NCBI GenBank assembly: GCA_047606785.1
Contig: JASGEB010000089.1
Span: forward strand, 1 to 58,728
From: Pseudoxanthomonas sp.
GTDB lineage: Bacteria > Pseudomonadota > Gammaproteobacteria > Xanthomonadales > Xanthomonadaceae
Length of the DNA stretch: 58,728 nucleotides
Direction: 5' to 3'
Shown: piece by piece, positions 16,072 to 26,756 of the stretch
How the letters are laid out: each line of letters starts with the position of its first letter
Numbering within the stretch: position 1 is the first letter of the stretch
Notes under the pieces: model-generated
Databases searched by the model: none
What the model saw: only the letters and a program-made list of their open reading frames with translations
What the model was told of the DNA's origin: nothing
Position numbers and translations under genes: made by a program

Positions 16072-16097
16072 TGGTGTTGTATTGAACTATAACACCA
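16072..16097. promoter_or_regulatory. putative YtrA/GntR operator
   Basis: AT-rich inverted repeat TGGTGTTGTA-N6-TATAACACCA (9/10 match) upstream of the operon. Confidence 0.7.
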
Positions 16098-16388
16098 TGA
16101 TGCGGGCCGTCAACACCCGCGCCGCACCGGCGCCACCCAACTGAAGTCATGGTTCAGACCGGACCAAATGCTGCGACGCCCTGCAAGCAAAGATCCTTGC
16201 CGGGTGACGACCGGCGGTGGCGCCGTTGCGGGCAAGCTCGCGCACGCGATCCGGCCCTGCGCACGGCGATCGAGCAGACGCCGGCGCAGTCGCCGTGCAC
16301 GCCGCCGCAGGGGCGTAAGACGGCGGTCGCCCATGCGACAATGTGGGCCTTGTGCCGCGCCCGCGGCGCGCTTCGACCCCCAAGAGGA

Positions 16389-17327
16389 ATGCAGCGGATG
16401 AAATCGTTTGGCAGCTGGCTGGCCGGCGCGTGCCTGGCCGCGGGACTGGTGACCGGCAGCGCGGCGGCGCAGGACAAGACCGCCCTGAACACCGACAAGG
16501 ACAAGGTCAGCTACGCCATCGGCATGGATCTGGCGCGTTCGCTGGCGCCGGTGGCCGACTACGTCGACGTGGCGGCGCTGCAGACGGCCATCCAGGGCGC
16601 CCTGGCCGGCGCCAAGCCGGAACTGTCCGAAGACGAGGCGCGCGCCACCGACCAGGCCCTGCGCACCGCGGTGGCCATCAACAGCGGGCAGGTCCCGAAG
16701 GGCATGCCGCCGGGCATGCAGGCGCCGGCAGTGGACAAGGTCAAGGCCGGCAAGCTGATCGGCGGCTACATGATGGGGCCGCAGCTGGCCAGCGTGAAGG
16801 ACGACATCGAACTGCCGGTGCTGATCCAGGCCCTGCGCACCTCGCTGGCCAAGGGCCAGCCGCTGCTCAGCGAGCAGGAGGCGATGGCGACCCTGCAGGC
16901 CTTCGCCGCCCGCCGCCAGGCCAGCGCCGCCCAGCGCAACCGCGAGGCCGCCGCCGCCTTCCTGTCCAAGAACAAGAACGAAAAGGGCGTGGTGACCACG
17001 CCTTCGGGCCTGCAGTACCTGGTCCTGCGCCAGGGCAGCGGCGCGCGCCCGACCGCCAACAGCACCGTCAGCGTCAACTACGAGGGCAAGCTGCTGGACG
17101 GCACCGTGTTCGACAGCTCCTACAAGCGCGGCGAGCCGGCGCAGTTCGCGCTGGGCAGCGTGGTGCCGGGCTGGACCGAGGGCCTGCAGCTGATGCCGGT
17201 CGGCTCCAAGTACCGCTTCTGGGTGCCCTCGCAGCTGGGCTACGGTGCGCAGGGCGCGCCGCAGGGCGGCATTGGCCCCGACGCGATGCTGACCTTCGAC
17301 GTCGAACTGCTCGGCATCGTCAAGTAA
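16389..17327 (+). CDS. FKBP-type peptidyl-prolyl isomerase (Mip/FkpA-like, two FKBP_N-like segments)
   Basis: SYAIG, TTPSGLQY, VNYEGKLLDGTVFDSS, GWTEGLQLM; start 16389 or 16398. Confidence 0.92.
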   Translation: MQRMKSFGSWLAGACLAAGLVTGSAAAQDKTALNTDKDKVSYAIGMDLARSLAPVADYVDVAALQTAIQGALAGAKPELSEDEARATDQALRTAVAINSGQVPKGMPPGMQAPAVDKVKAGKLIGGYMMGPQLASVKDDIELPVLIQALRTSLAKGQPLLSEQEAMATLQAFAARRQASAAQRNREAAAAFLSKNKNEKGVVTTPSGLQYLVLRQGSGARPTANSTVSVNYEGKLLDGTVFDSSYKRGEPAQFALGSVVPGWTEGLQLMPVGSKYRFWVPSQLGYGAQGAPQGGIGPDAMLTFDVELLGIVK

Positions 17328-17339
17328 GGAGGACGGCCG

Positions 17340-18680
17340 ATGCGCGTGGCGATCTTCGGGACCGGCTACGTCGGCCTGGTCACCGGCACCTGCCTGGCCG
17401 AGGTCGGCCACGACGTAGTCTGCGTGGACATCGACCAGGCCAAGGTCGACGGCCTGAACGAGGGTGTCATCCCGATCTACGAGCCCGGGCTGGAGCCGAT
17501 GGTCAAGGCCAACCACGCCGCCGGCCGGCTGCGCTTCACCACCGACGCCGCCGTCGCCGTCGCCCACGGCAGCGTGGTGTTCATCGCCGTGGGCACGCCG
17601 CCGGACGAGGACGGCAGCGCCGACCTGCAGTACGTGCTGGCGGTGGCGCGCACCATCGGCCGGCACCTGGACGGCCCGACCGTGGTGGTGGACAAGTCGA
17701 CCGTGCCGGTCGGCACCGCCGACAAGGTGCGCGAGGCCATCGCCGCCGAACTGCAGGCGCGCGGCGCCGGGCACGCCTTCGAGGTGGTCTCCAACCCCGA
17801 GTTCCTCAAGGAGGGCGACGCGGTCAACGACTGCATGCGCCCGGACCGCATCGTCATCGGCGCCAGCGGCGCCGAGGCGATCGAGCGCATGCGCCGGCTG
17901 TACGCGCCGTTCAACCGCAACCACGAGCGCATCGTGGTGATGGACGTGCGCTCGGCCGAGCTGACCAAGTACGCGGCCAACGCCATGCTGGCCACCAAGA
18001 TCAGCTTCATGAACGAGATGGCCAACATCGCCGAGCGGGTCGGCGCGGACATCGAGCACGTGCGCAAGGGCATCGGCTCGGACCCGCGCATCGGCTGGCA
18101 CTTCATCTACCCCGGCGCCGGCTACGGCGGCTCGTGCTTCCCCAAGGACGTGCAGGCGCTGGCGCGCACCGCCGACCAGGTCGGCTACCAGGCGACCCTG
18201 CTCAACGCGGTGGAGGCGGTCAACGAGCGCCAGAAGTCGCACCTGTTCGAGCTGCTCGCCCGTCACTTCGACAACGAGCTGGCCGGGCGCACCTTCGCGG
18301 TGTGGGGGCTGGCGTTCAAGCCCAATACCGACGACATGCGCGAGGCCTCCAGCCGGCGCCTGCTGGCGCAGTTGTGGGACGCCGGTGCGCGCGTGCAGGC
18401 CTACGACCCGGAAGCGATGGAGGAGGCCGAGCGCATCTTCGGGATGCGCGAGGACCTGCAGCTGTGCGGCACCGCGCAGGCGGCGCTGCAGGGCGCCGAC
18501 GCGCTGGTGGTGGTCACCGAGTGGAAGCAGTTCCGCAGCCCGGACTTCGCCGCGCTGGCGCAGGCGCTGGCGCAGAAGGCGGTGTTCGACGGCCGCAACC
18601 TGTACGACCCGGCCGAGGTGGAAGCGGCGGGGCTGGCCTATTACGGCATCGGCCGGGGGCGTTCGCTGCGTGGGCACTGA
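17340..18680 (+). CDS. ugd: UDP-glucose 6-dehydrogenase
   Basis: [36 protein letters not shown]. Confidence 0.96.
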   Translation: MRVAIFGTGYVGLVTGTCLAEVGHDVVCVDIDQAKVDGLNEGVIPIYEPGLEPMVKANHAAGRLRFTTDAAVAVAHGSVVFIAVGTPPDEDGSADLQYVLAVARTIGRHLDGPTVVVDKSTVPVGTADKVREAIAAELQARGAGHAFEVVSNPEFLKEGDAVNDCMRPDRIVIGASGAEAIERMRRLYAPFNRNHERIVVMDVRSAELTKYAANAMLATKISFMNEMANIAERVGADIEHVRKGIGSDPRIGWHFIYPGAGYGGSCFPKDVQALARTADQVGYQATLLNAVEAVNERQKSHLFELLARHFDNELAGRTFAVWGLAFKPNTDDMREASSRRLLAQLWDAGARVQAYDPEAMEEAERIFGMREDLQLCGTAQAALQGADALVVVTEWKQFRSPDFAALAQALAQKAVFDGRNLYDPAEVEAAGLAYYGIGRGRSLRGH

Positions 18681-18912
18681 CCTGTTCGGCGAAGCCGACG
18701 AGCCGGGCCTGGAGGAGCGGCTGGTCGAGATCGAGACCCGCCTGGCCTTCCAGGAACAGGCGCTGGGCGAACTGAGCGCCGCGCTGGCCGAGGCGCGCCA
18801 GGAAAGCAGCCGCAACGGCCACCTGCTGCGCCAGCTGCTCGACGACCTGCGCAAGGTCCGCGGCGAACTGCAGGGCGATGCGGGCGACGAACCGCCGCCG
18901 CCGCATTACTGA
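18670..18912 (+). CDS. slyX: SlyX family protein
   Basis: [14 protein letters not shown] ... EPPPPHY. Confidence 0.92.
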   Translation: MGTDLFGEADEPGLEERLVEIETRLAFQEQALGELSAALAEARQESSRNGHLLRQLLDDLRKVRGELQGDAGDEPPPPHY

Positions 18913-18919
18913 AGATGCT

Positions 18920-19043
18920 GGGAATGGGGAGCAGGGAAGGGGGAATGGGTAAAGCGATTCGCTGCGTCGGCTGTTTACGATATCGATTCAGGGAAACGCG
19001 GCTCTTGCCGTTACGACTCCCCGTTCCCCATTCCCCTCTCCCG
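18920..19043. repeat. degenerate GGGAAT/ATTCCC heptamer inverted arrays
   Basis: gggaatggggagcagggaagggggaatggg ... gactccccgttccccattcccctctcccg. Confidence 0.7.
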
Positions 19044-19051
19044 AACCACCC

Positions 19052-19693
19052 ATGAGCGATTCCCTGCGCGACCAACTGCTCGGGCTGGGCTTCAAGCCGG
19101 CCCCCAAACCCGAACGCAAGCCCGAGCGGCCGCATCCCGGCAAGGGCGGCGGCCCAGGGCAGGGGCGCGATGCGCGTGCATCCGGCAAGCCGCGGCACGG
19201 CGCCGGCCAGCCCGCGCAGAGCAAGCCGCCGGGCCGGCCGCAGCACAAGCCGGGCGGCCAGGGCGGCGGCGAGATGGACCTGGCCAAGGCCTGGGCGATC
19301 CGTGCGCAGAAGGAGAAGCAGGAGCGCATCGAGGCCGAGCGCCTCAAGCAGGAACAGGCCCGCCAACGCCGTGAGGCGCGCGCGAAGCTGGAGGAACTGC
19401 TCAAGGAGCGGACGCTCAACGACCCGGCCGCCGACATCGCCCGCCACTTCCCCTACGGCGACAAGATCAAGCGCGTGCACGTCAACGCCGACCAGCTCAA
19501 GGCGCTCAACGCCGGGCAGCTGGGCGTGGTCCAGCTCAACGGCCGCTACCTGCTGGTCGCCGCCGAGGTGCTGGCGCAGGCCGAGGCGATCCTGCCGGCG
19601 GCGGTCGCGCTCAAGGTCGATCCCGCCGCGCCGGCGCCGGACGATCCCTACGCCGATCCGAAGTACCAGGTGCCCGACGACCTGGTGTGGTGA
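19052..19693 (+). CDS. DUF2058 (YaiL-like) protein
   Basis: SLRDQLL N-terminus, DPYADPKYQVPDDLVW C-terminus. Confidence 0.88.
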   Translation: MSDSLRDQLLGLGFKPAPKPERKPERPHPGKGGGPGQGRDARASGKPRHGAGQPAQSKPPGRPQHKPGGQGGGEMDLAKAWAIRAQKEKQERIEAERLKQEQARQRREARAKLEELLKERTLNDPAADIARHFPYGDKIKRVHVNADQLKALNAGQLGVVQLNGRYLLVAAEVLAQAEAILPAAVALKVDPAAPAPDDPYADPKYQVPDDLVW

Positions 19694-19744
19694 GGCCGGT
19701 GCGGGCAGCGCCGGTGCCGCTTCCTCACGGCGACGGCCTGGCGC

Positions 19745-20992
19745 TCAGTGCAGGTCCTTCAGGTCCAGGCGGCGCAGCTTCGGGGCCCGCCACGCGGTGG
19801 CGGCCACCACCAGCAGGGTCACGCAGCCGCCCAGCACCACCGCCGGCACCAGCCCGAGCAGGCGCGCCATGGTGCCGTCGTAGAACGCGCCCAGTTCGTT
19901 GGACGAGCCGATGAAGATGCCGCTGATCGAGGACACCCGCCCGCGCATGTTGTCCGGCGTGGCCAGCTGCAGGATGGTCTGGCGCACCACCACCGACACC
20001 CCGTCGCACATGCCGTAGGCCAGCAGGATCAGCGCCGACAGCCAGAAATGGCGGGACAGGCCGAAGGCGATGGTGCACAGGCCGAAGGCGGCGACCGCGC
20101 CCAGCAGGACCCGGCCGGCGTGCTTGTGCAGCGGATGCCGGGCCAGCCACAGGCCGACCAGGACCGAACCCAGCGCCGGCGCGCCGCGCAGGATGCCCAG
20201 GCCCTCCGGGCCGTGGTGGAGGATGTCGTGGATGAAGGCCGGCAGCATCGATACCGCCCCGCCCAGTAGCACCGAGAACATGTCCAGCGCCATCGCCCCG
20301 AGCATGATCTGGTGCGAGAACACGAAGCGCACGCCCTCGGCGATGCTGCGTAGGACCGGCACGCGTTCGCCGCTGAGCGGCAGTTCCTGCACCCGCAGCA
20401 GCGCCAGCCCGACCATCGCCGTGGCGGCGATCGCCGCGGCTGCCGCGTAGCCCAGCGCCGAGCCGCCCCAGCCGACCAGGGCGCCGCCCAGCGCCGGCCC
20501 GGCCACCATGCCGGCCTGCATGGCCACGCTGCCGATGCTGGCGCCGCGCGCATAGCTGGTGCGCGGCAGGGCATGGGCGAACAGGGCGTTGTAGATCGGC
20601 CCCAGGAACGCGCGCACCATGCCGGTCACCGCCACCGCCGCATAGATCGGCCAGGTGCCGCGCCAGGGCAGCCAGCCGCCGGCCACCGCCAGCAGCATCG
20701 ACGCGGTGGCCACCAGCCCCAGGCAGGCCGCGATGCCCAGCCGGCGGCGCGGCAGGTGGTCGACCAGGTAGCCGGCGAACGGGGCGATGAAGAAGTAGGG
20801 CACGATCTCGGCCAGCCCGACCAGGCCCAGCGAGAACGGGTCGCGGGTGATCTCGTAGATGTGCCAGCCGACCGTGACCGCGACGATCTGGTAGGACAGC
20901 ATCGCCCCCAGCCGGTAGGCCAGCACGCAGGCGAAGGCCGGCTGGCGCAGCAGCGCCATTGCCCCTGCCGGTGTCGCCTCCGGCGTGCTCAT
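19745..20992 (-). CDS. MFS transporter
   Basis: Multi-TM protein, AGYLVDHLPRR, PDNMRGRVSS. Confidence 0.9.
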   Translation of the reverse strand: MSTPEATPAGAMALLRQPAFACVLAYRLGAMLSYQIVAVTVGWHIYEITRDPFSLGLVGLAEIVPYFFIAPFAGYLVDHLPRRRLGIAACLGLVATASMLLAVAGGWLPWRGTWPIYAAVAVTGMVRAFLGPIYNALFAHALPRTSYARGASIGSVAMQAGMVAGPALGGALVGWGGSALGYAAAAAIAATAMVGLALLRVQELPLSGERVPVLRSIAEGVRFVFSHQIMLGAMALDMFSVLLGGAVSMLPAFIHDILHHGPEGLGILRGAPALGSVLVGLWLARHPLHKHAGRVLLGAVAAFGLCTIAFGLSRHFWLSALILLAYGMCDGVSVVVRQTILQLATPDNMRGRVSSISGIFIGSSNELGAFYDGTMARLLGLVPAVVLGGCVTLLVVAATAWRAPKLRRLDLKDLH

Positions 20993-21432
20993 GCCGGAGG
21001 CGCTGCGCGCGCGGCGTCCCGGATGAAGGCCAGCAGTGCGGCCAGGCCGTTGCTGCGGGTCGGCGAGAGGTGCTTGCCCAGGCCGATCGCGGCGATGTAG
21101 TCCGGCTCGGTGGCCAGGATCTCCGCGGCCGGGCGGCCGGAATAGACGCGCAAGGCCAGGTAGATCAGGCCGGAGACGATGGCCGAGTCGCTGGCGGCAG
21201 CGAAGTCCAAGCGCCGGGCGTCGCCGCTGGGTACGATCCACACCAGCGACTGGCAGCCGAGCAGGCGGTGCTGCTCGGTCCTGTATTCCTGCGCCAGCGG
21301 CGGCAGCTTGCGGCCGAGGTCGATCAGGTACTGGTAGCGCTCGGACCAGTCGGAGAAGAACGCGAACTCGTCGCGGATGGCCTGCTGGGCCTCGGCGGCG
21401 CTGGGTTCGAGCGGGAAGAGTGAGTCGATCAT
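20989..21432 (-). CDS. sufE: SufE family Fe-S sulfur acceptor
   Basis: WSERYQYLIDLG, GCQSLVW, SDSAIVSG, LSPTRSNGL. Confidence 0.92.
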   Translation of the reverse strand: MIDSLFPLEPSAAEAQQAIRDEFAFFSDWSERYQYLIDLGRKLPPLAQEYRTEQHRLLGCQSLVWIVPSGDARRLDFAAASDSAIVSGLIYLALRVYSGRPAAEILATEPDYIAAIGLGKHLSPTRSNGLAALLAFIRDAARAAPPA

Positions 21433-21478
21433 CTGCAGTTCGGGGGCGGCGTATGGCGCCTGGCGAGGGCTGGTGAGC

Positions 21479-21511
21479 CCCTCCCTTTCGCACGCAGTGC
21501 GAAGGGGAGGG
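21479..21511. repeat. 15-bp-stem hairpin (CCCTCCC...GGGAGGG repeat type) after cysS
   Basis: ccctccctttcgcac-gca-gtgcgaaggggaggg. Confidence 0.65.
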
Positions 21512-21517
21512 AGAAGG

Positions 21518-22954
21518 CTAGGCACGCTTCCAGCGTACCCCCTGCGGCGTGTCCTCCAGCAATACGCCCTCGGCGGCGAGTTGGTCGCGAATTTCGTCGG
21601 CACGCCTGAAGTTTTTCATCTTCTTTGCCGCAGATCGTTGTTCGATCAGCGCATCGATTTCGTTTTCCGAAATCGCTCGGGTGGCCTCTCCATAGCCCTT
21701 CATGGACAAGCCAGAACCCAACCGACCGGTTGCTGGATTCGTTCGTTTGAACCAGGTCTCCGGCTCCTGCTGCAGCAAGCCCAGGGCCAGGCCGGCGCCG
21801 AGCAGCTCGCCCTTCAGCCGCGCCTTGTCGGCCTCGCCGGCGGCCTTGCGCGCCTCGCCGGCGATGCGCGCGACTTCGGCCAGCGCCTGCGGGGTGTTGA
21901 GGTCGTCGTCGAGCGCGTCCTCGACCGCCTGCGGGATGGCGGCTTGCGCTTGCACCCCGGCCAGGTCGCGCAAGGTGCCGTACAGCCGGTCCAGCGTGCG
22001 CACGCTCTGTTCGATCAGCGCGTCGTTCCAGTCCAGCGGCTGCCGGTAGTGCGCCGACAGCAGCGCATAGCGCAGCGCTTCGGGCGGGTGCTTTTGCAGC
22101 AGATCGTGCACACGCTCGATGTTGCCCAGCGACTTGCTCATCTTGGCGCCGCCGAAATTGAGCATGCCGTTGTGCAGCCAGAAGCGGGCAAAGGTGGCGC
22201 CGCCGTGCGCGCACTCGCTCTGCGCGATCTCGTTCTCGTGGTGCGGGAACTGCAGGTCCACGCCGCCGGCATGGATGTCGATGGTGGCGCCCAGGTGCGC
22301 TTCGGCCATGGCCGAGCACTCGATGTGCCAGCCGGGGCGGCCGCGTCCCCAGGGCGAATCCCAGCCGGGCAGCTCGGGCGGGGACGGTTTCCACAGCACG
22401 AAATCGCCCGGATCGCGCTTGTACGGCGCCACCTCCACCCGCGCGCCGGCCAGCATCTCCTCCGGGTCGCGGCGCGAGAGCCGCCCGTAGCACGCGAAGC
22501 TGGCCACCGCGAACAGCACGTGGCCCTGGGCGGCGTAGGCGTGGCCGCCGGCGACCAGCGCCTCGATCATGGCGATGATCTGCGCGATATGGGCCGTGGC
22601 CGCCGGCTCGATGTCCGGGGCGAACGCGCCGCTGATGCCGAGCGCGGCCATGTCCTGGCGGTAGGCGGCGGCGAAGCGCTCGCTGATCGCCGCGATCGGC
22701 ACGCCCTGTTCGAGCGCGGCGGCGTTGATCTTGTCGTCGACGTCGGTGATGTTGCGGGCGTAGCGCAGCTTGCCGTGGCGGCGGCGCAGCAGCGCGGCCA
22801 GCACGCCGAACACCACCGGCCCGCGCGCGTTGCCGATGTGGACGTAGTTGTAGACGGTGGGTCCGCACACGTACATGGTCGGGCCGGCCTGCCGGTCGCG
22901 CGGCTGGAACGGCTCGACCGTGCGGGTCAGGGTGTTGTACAGCTGCAGGCTCAT
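21518..22954 (-). CDS. cysS: cysteine--tRNA ligase
   Basis: [29 protein letters not shown]. Confidence 0.98.
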   Translation of the reverse strand: MSLQLYNTLTRTVEPFQPRDRQAGPTMYVCGPTVYNYVHIGNARGPVVFGVLAALLRRRHGKLRYARNITDVDDKINAAALEQGVPIAAISERFAAAYRQDMAALGISGAFAPDIEPAATAHIAQIIAMIEALVAGGHAYAAQGHVLFAVASFACYGRLSRRDPEEMLAGARVEVAPYKRDPGDFVLWKPSPPELPGWDSPWGRGRPGWHIECSAMAEAHLGATIDIHAGGVDLQFPHHENEIAQSECAHGGATFARFWLHNGMLNFGGAKMSKSLGNIERVHDLLQKHPPEALRYALLSAHYRQPLDWNDALIEQSVRTLDRLYGTLRDLAGVQAQAAIPQAVEDALDDDLNTPQALAEVARIAGEARKAAGEADKARLKGELLGAGLALGLLQQEPETWFKRTNPATGRLGSGLSMKGYGEATRAISENEIDALIEQRSAAKKMKNFRRADEIRDQLAAEGVLLEDTPQGVRWKRA

Positions 22955-23073
22955 CGGTGCGCGGGTGGGGCAGGGCCGCAGATTCTAGCCTGCCCCGACA
23001 GCGGCGATTCAGCCCTTGCCGGGAGGCGCTGCCTACACTGTGGCGTGTTCCTGCCGGTCTCCCGTTCCCCCGC

Positions 23074-23598
23074 ATGATCCCCTGTTTGCGCATCTGCCTG
23101 CTGGCCGGCTTGGCCATGCCCATGGCCGCAGGTGCGCAGACCGTGGTCCCTGCCGAGAACGTGCGCCTGGACTACGCCCAGGTGCTCGCCGTCGAACCGG
23201 TCTACCAGACCCTGCGCGCCAGCCGCATGGAGCAGCAGTGCGACCAGCCCGCGCCTGCGCCGCCCGACGACGACGACAAGGCGGCCGACGAGGACGAGGA
23301 GGGCCGCTTCGCGCGCATGTTCGACTCGGTCAAGAGCCTGTTCGGCGAGGGCAAGGACAAGAAGGAGGCGGCCAAGGAGGCCAAGCCGGCGCCGCTGCCG
23401 CGCAATTGCCGGATGGTGCAGGTGGACCGCGAGTTCCGCCGGCCGATCGCCTACGACGTGGACTACATGTACAAGGGCGTCAAGTACCGTTCGCGGCTGA
23501 CCGAGGATCCCGGCAACCGCCTGCGCATCCGCGTCTCGGTCATGCCCTACGTGCCCGGACCGCCGCCGCCCGGCAGCGCGCCGCCGCCGGAACAGTGA
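23074..23598 (+). CDS. exported hypothetical protein (YcfJ-like C-terminus)
   Basis: Signal peptide, DYAQVLAVEPV, AYDVDYMYKGVKYRSRL..DPG. Confidence 0.75.
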   Translation: MIPCLRICLLAGLAMPMAAGAQTVVPAENVRLDYAQVLAVEPVYQTLRASRMEQQCDQPAPAPPDDDDKAADEDEEGRFARMFDSVKSLFGEGKDKKEAAKEAKPAPLPRNCRMVQVDREFRRPIAYDVDYMYKGVKYRSRLTEDPGNRLRIRVSVMPYVPGPPPPGSAPPPEQ

Positions 23599-23641
23599 AA
23601 CGCTTGCGTGCGCGCGGCACGCGTGCGAGGATGCGCGCCCC

Positions 23642-23740
23642 ATGAAGACCGCCACGTTCCCGCACGCCAGCGCCGCCCGGATGGCCTCCGGCATGACCTC
23701 GCGTGCGCGCCGACCGGACGCCTGCCATCGCGCTGGGTAA
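23642..23740 (+). CDS. putative arg operon leader peptide (32 aa)
   Basis: MKTATFPHASAARMASGMTSRARRPDACHRAG*; Arg codons CGT-gcg-CGC-CGA; directly before a terminator. Confidence 0.65.
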   Translation: MKTATFPHASAARMASGMTSRARRPDACHRAG

Positions 23741-23765
23741 CCGGAAGCCGTCTCGTGCCGATTCC

Positions 23766-23794
23766 AAAAACCCAGCCCGCCGGCTGGGTTTTTT
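23766..23794 (+). terminator. intrinsic terminator in arg leader (attenuator)
   Basis: AAAAACCCAGCC-cgcc-GGCTGGGTTTTTT, about 70 bp upstream of argF. Confidence 0.9.
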
Positions 23795-23863
23795 CGTTTT
23801 CCGACGCCGAAGTTTCACTCGCAACCGCCATCCTCTCCCAAGCCGACACCCAAGGACCCGACC

Positions 23864-24907
23864 ATGCCGCTCAAGCACTTCCTCAATACCCAGGACTGGA
23901 GCCGGGCGGAGATCGACGCGCTGCTGTCCCAGGCCGCGCTGTTCAAGCGCAACAAGCTCGGCGACGAGCTGAAGGGCAAGTCGATCGCGCTGGTGTTCTT
24001 CAACCCCTCGATGCGCACCCGCACCAGCTTCGAGCTGGGCGCGTTCCACCTGGGCGGCCATGCGGTGGTGCTGCAGCCGGGCAAGGACGCCTGGCCGATC
24101 GAGTTCGAGCTGGGCACGGTGATGGACGGCGACACCGAGGAGCACATCGCCGAGGTCGCCCGGGTGCTGGGCCGCTATGCCGACCTGATCGGCGTGCGCG
24201 CGTTCCCCAAGTTCAAGGACTGGGCCAGCGACCGCCAGGACCTCGTGCTGAAGTCCTTCGCCAAGTACTCGCCGGTGCCGGTGATCAACATGGAGACCAT
24301 CACCCATCCGTGCCAGGAGTTGGCGCACGCGCTGGCCCTGCAGGAACACTTCGGCAGTTCCGACCTGCGCGGCAAGAAGTACGTGCTGACCTGGACCTAC
24401 CACCCCAAGCCGCTCAACACCGCGGTGGCCAACTCGGCGCTGACCATCGCCACGCGCATGGGCATGGACGTGACCCTGCTGTGCCCGACCCCGGAATACG
24501 TGCTCGACGAACGCTATCTCGGCTGGGCCGAGCAGAACGTCGCCGAGAGCGGCGGTTCGTTCCAGATCAGCCACGACATCGACAGCGCCTACCGTGGCGC
24601 CGACGTGGTCTACGCCAAGAGTTGGGGCGCGCTGCCGTACTTCGGCAACTGGGAGCCGGAGAAGCCGATCCGCGACCAGTACAGGCACTTCATCGTCGAC
24701 GAGGCGAAGATGGCGCTGACCAACCACGGCGTGTTCAGCCACTGCCTGCCGCTGCGCCGCAACGTCAAGGCCACCGACGCGGTGATGGACTCGCCGCAGT
24801 GCATCGCCATCGACGAGGCCGAGAACCGCCTGCACGTGCAGAAGGCGGTGATGGCGGCGCTGATCGGGCAGAGCCGGGACCCGGGTCCCGGGACCCGGGT
24901 CCCGTAA
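23864..24907 (+). CDS. argF: N-acetylornithine carbamoyltransferase
   Basis: SMRTR, NMETITHPCQ, TYHPKPL, HCLPLRR (AOTCase-type motifs). Confidence 0.95.
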   Translation: MPLKHFLNTQDWSRAEIDALLSQAALFKRNKLGDELKGKSIALVFFNPSMRTRTSFELGAFHLGGHAVVLQPGKDAWPIEFELGTVMDGDTEEHIAEVARVLGRYADLIGVRAFPKFKDWASDRQDLVLKSFAKYSPVPVINMETITHPCQELAHALALQEHFGSSDLRGKKYVLTWTYHPKPLNTAVANSALTIATRMGMDVTLLCPTPEYVLDERYLGWAEQNVAESGGSFQISHDIDSAYRGADVVYAKSWGALPYFGNWEPEKPIRDQYRHFIVDEAKMALTNHGVFSHCLPLRRNVKATDAVMDSPQCIAIDEAENRLHVQKAVMAALIGQSRDPGPGTRVP

Positions 24908-24964
24908 GACGGCTCGTTCTTCGTCGTTGCGAACTCTCTACATCCATCCCCCAGGAGTTTCTTC

Positions 24965-26209
24965 ATGTCTCAATCCAATGCTTCTCCGGGACCCGGGTCC
25001 CGGGTCCCGGGTCCCGGCTCCTCCAAGGACATCGTCCTCGCCTTCTCCGGCGGCCTCGATACCAGCTTCTGCGTTCCATACCTGCAGGAACAGGGCTATG
25101 CGGTGCACACCGTGTTCGCCGACACCGGTGGCGTGGATGCCGAGGAGCGCGATTTCATCGAGAAGCGTGCCGCCGAGCTTGGCGTGGCCAGCCACGTCAC
25201 CGTCGATGGCGGTCCGGCGATCTGGGAGGGCTTCGTCAAGCCGTTCGTGTGGGCCGGCGAGGCCTACCAGGGCCAGTACCCGCTGCTGGTGTCCGACCGC
25301 TACCTGATCGTCGATGCCGCGCTGGCGCGCGCCAAGGCGCTGGGCACCAATGCCATCGCGCACGGCTGCACCGGCATGGGCAACGATCAGGTCCGCTTCG
25401 ACCTGGCGGTGAAGGCGCAGGGCGACTACCGGATCGTGGCGCCGATCCGCGAGATACAGAAGGAACACACCCAGACCCGCGCCTACGAGCAGAAGTACCT
25501 GGAGGAGCGCGGTTTCGGCGTGCGCGCCAAGCAGCAGGCCTACACCATCAACGAGAACCTGCTGGGCGTGACCATGTCCGGCGGCGAGATCGACCGCTGG
25601 GAAGCGCCGGGCGAAGGCGCGCGCGGCTGGTGCGCGCCACGCAGCGCGTGGCCGGCCGAGGCGCTGACCGTGACCCTGAAGTTCGTCGCGGGCGAGGCGG
25701 TCGAGCTCGATGGCAAGCCGTTGCCGGGCGCGCAGATCCTGGCCAGGCTCAACAAGCTGTTCGCCCAGTACGGGGTCGGCCGCGGCGTGTACACCGGCGA
25801 CACCGTGATCGGCCTGAAGGGGCGCATCGTGTACGAAGCGCCCGGCCTGGTGTCGCTGCTGGCCGCGCACCGCGCGCTGGAGGACGCGGTGCTGACCAAG
25901 CAGCAGAACCGCTTCAAGCCGGAGGTGGCGCGCAAGTGGGTCGAGCTGGTCTACGAAGGCTTCTTCCACGATCCGCTCAAGGCCGACCTGGAGGCGTTCC
26001 TGAAGTCCTCGCAGGCCAAGGTCAGCGGCGAGGTCACCCTGGAGACCCGCGGCGGCCGCGTGGATGCGGTGGCGGTCAAGTCCCCGCACATCCTCAACGC
26101 CAAGGGCGCCACCTACGCGCAGTCGGCCGACTGGGGCGTGGAGGAGGCCGAGGGCTTCATCAAGCTGTTCGGGATGAGCTCGACGCTGTACGCGCAGGTC
26201 AACCGCTGA
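24965..26209 (+). CDS. argG: argininosuccinate synthase
   Basis: [23 protein letters not shown]. Confidence 0.97.
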   Translation: MSQSNASPGPGSRVPGPGSSKDIVLAFSGGLDTSFCVPYLQEQGYAVHTVFADTGGVDAEERDFIEKRAAELGVASHVTVDGGPAIWEGFVKPFVWAGEAYQGQYPLLVSDRYLIVDAALARAKALGTNAIAHGCTGMGNDQVRFDLAVKAQGDYRIVAPIREIQKEHTQTRAYEQKYLEERGFGVRAKQQAYTINENLLGVTMSGGEIDRWEAPGEGARGWCAPRSAWPAEALTVTLKFVAGEAVELDGKPLPGAQILARLNKLFAQYGVGRGVYTGDTVIGLKGRIVYEAPGLVSLLAAHRALEDAVLTKQQNRFKPEVARKWVELVYEGFFHDPLKADLEAFLKSSQAKVSGEVTLETRGGRVDAVAVKSPHILNAKGATYAQSADWGVEEAEGFIKLFGMSSTLYAQVNR

Positions 26210-26296
26210 AGCGTCGGGAATAGGGAATCGCAAGCGCGCATCGCTTCGGAGTTCGCCATTCCCGCCAGCCGATTCTCCATTTCCGCCGACAAGACC

Positions 26297-26737
26297 ATGA
26301 CCGAGCTTCGCATCAGCACCGACAAGCACGCGCTGGACGTGGACCTGGTCCACCGTTTCCTATCGACCGAGGCCTACTGGAGCCCCGGCATCCCGAGGGA
26401 CACGGTGGAACGGGCCATCGCCGGTTCGCTGTGCTTCGGCGGCTATGTCGAGGGTGCGGGGCAGGTGGCGTTCGCGCGGGTGGTCTCGGATTTCGCCACC
26501 TTCGCCTGGCTGGCCGACGTGTTCGTGCTGCCCGAGCATCGCGGGCGCGGCTATTCCAAGCAGCTGATCGCGGCCGTCATGGCGCACCCGCAGTTGCAGG
26601 GGCTGCGCCGATTCATGCTGGGCACCTGGGATGCGCATGACCTGTACACGCAGTTCGGTTTCGTGCCGTTCGCCCGCCCGGACCGGATGCTGGAAATCCA
26701 GCATGCCGATCTCTACCGCACCGCTCCAGCGGCCTGA
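26297..26737 (+). CDS. GNAT N-acetyltransferase
   Basis: FARVVSD..TFAWLADVFVLPEHRGRG. Confidence 0.88.
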   Translation: MTELRISTDKHALDVDLVHRFLSTEAYWSPGIPRDTVERAIAGSLCFGGYVEGAGQVAFARVVSDFATFAWLADVFVLPEHRGRGYSKQLIAAVMAHPQLQGLRRFMLGTWDAHDLYTQFGFVPFARPDRMLEIQHADLYRTAPAA

Positions 26738-26756
26738 TTTCTCCGATCACATCGTC

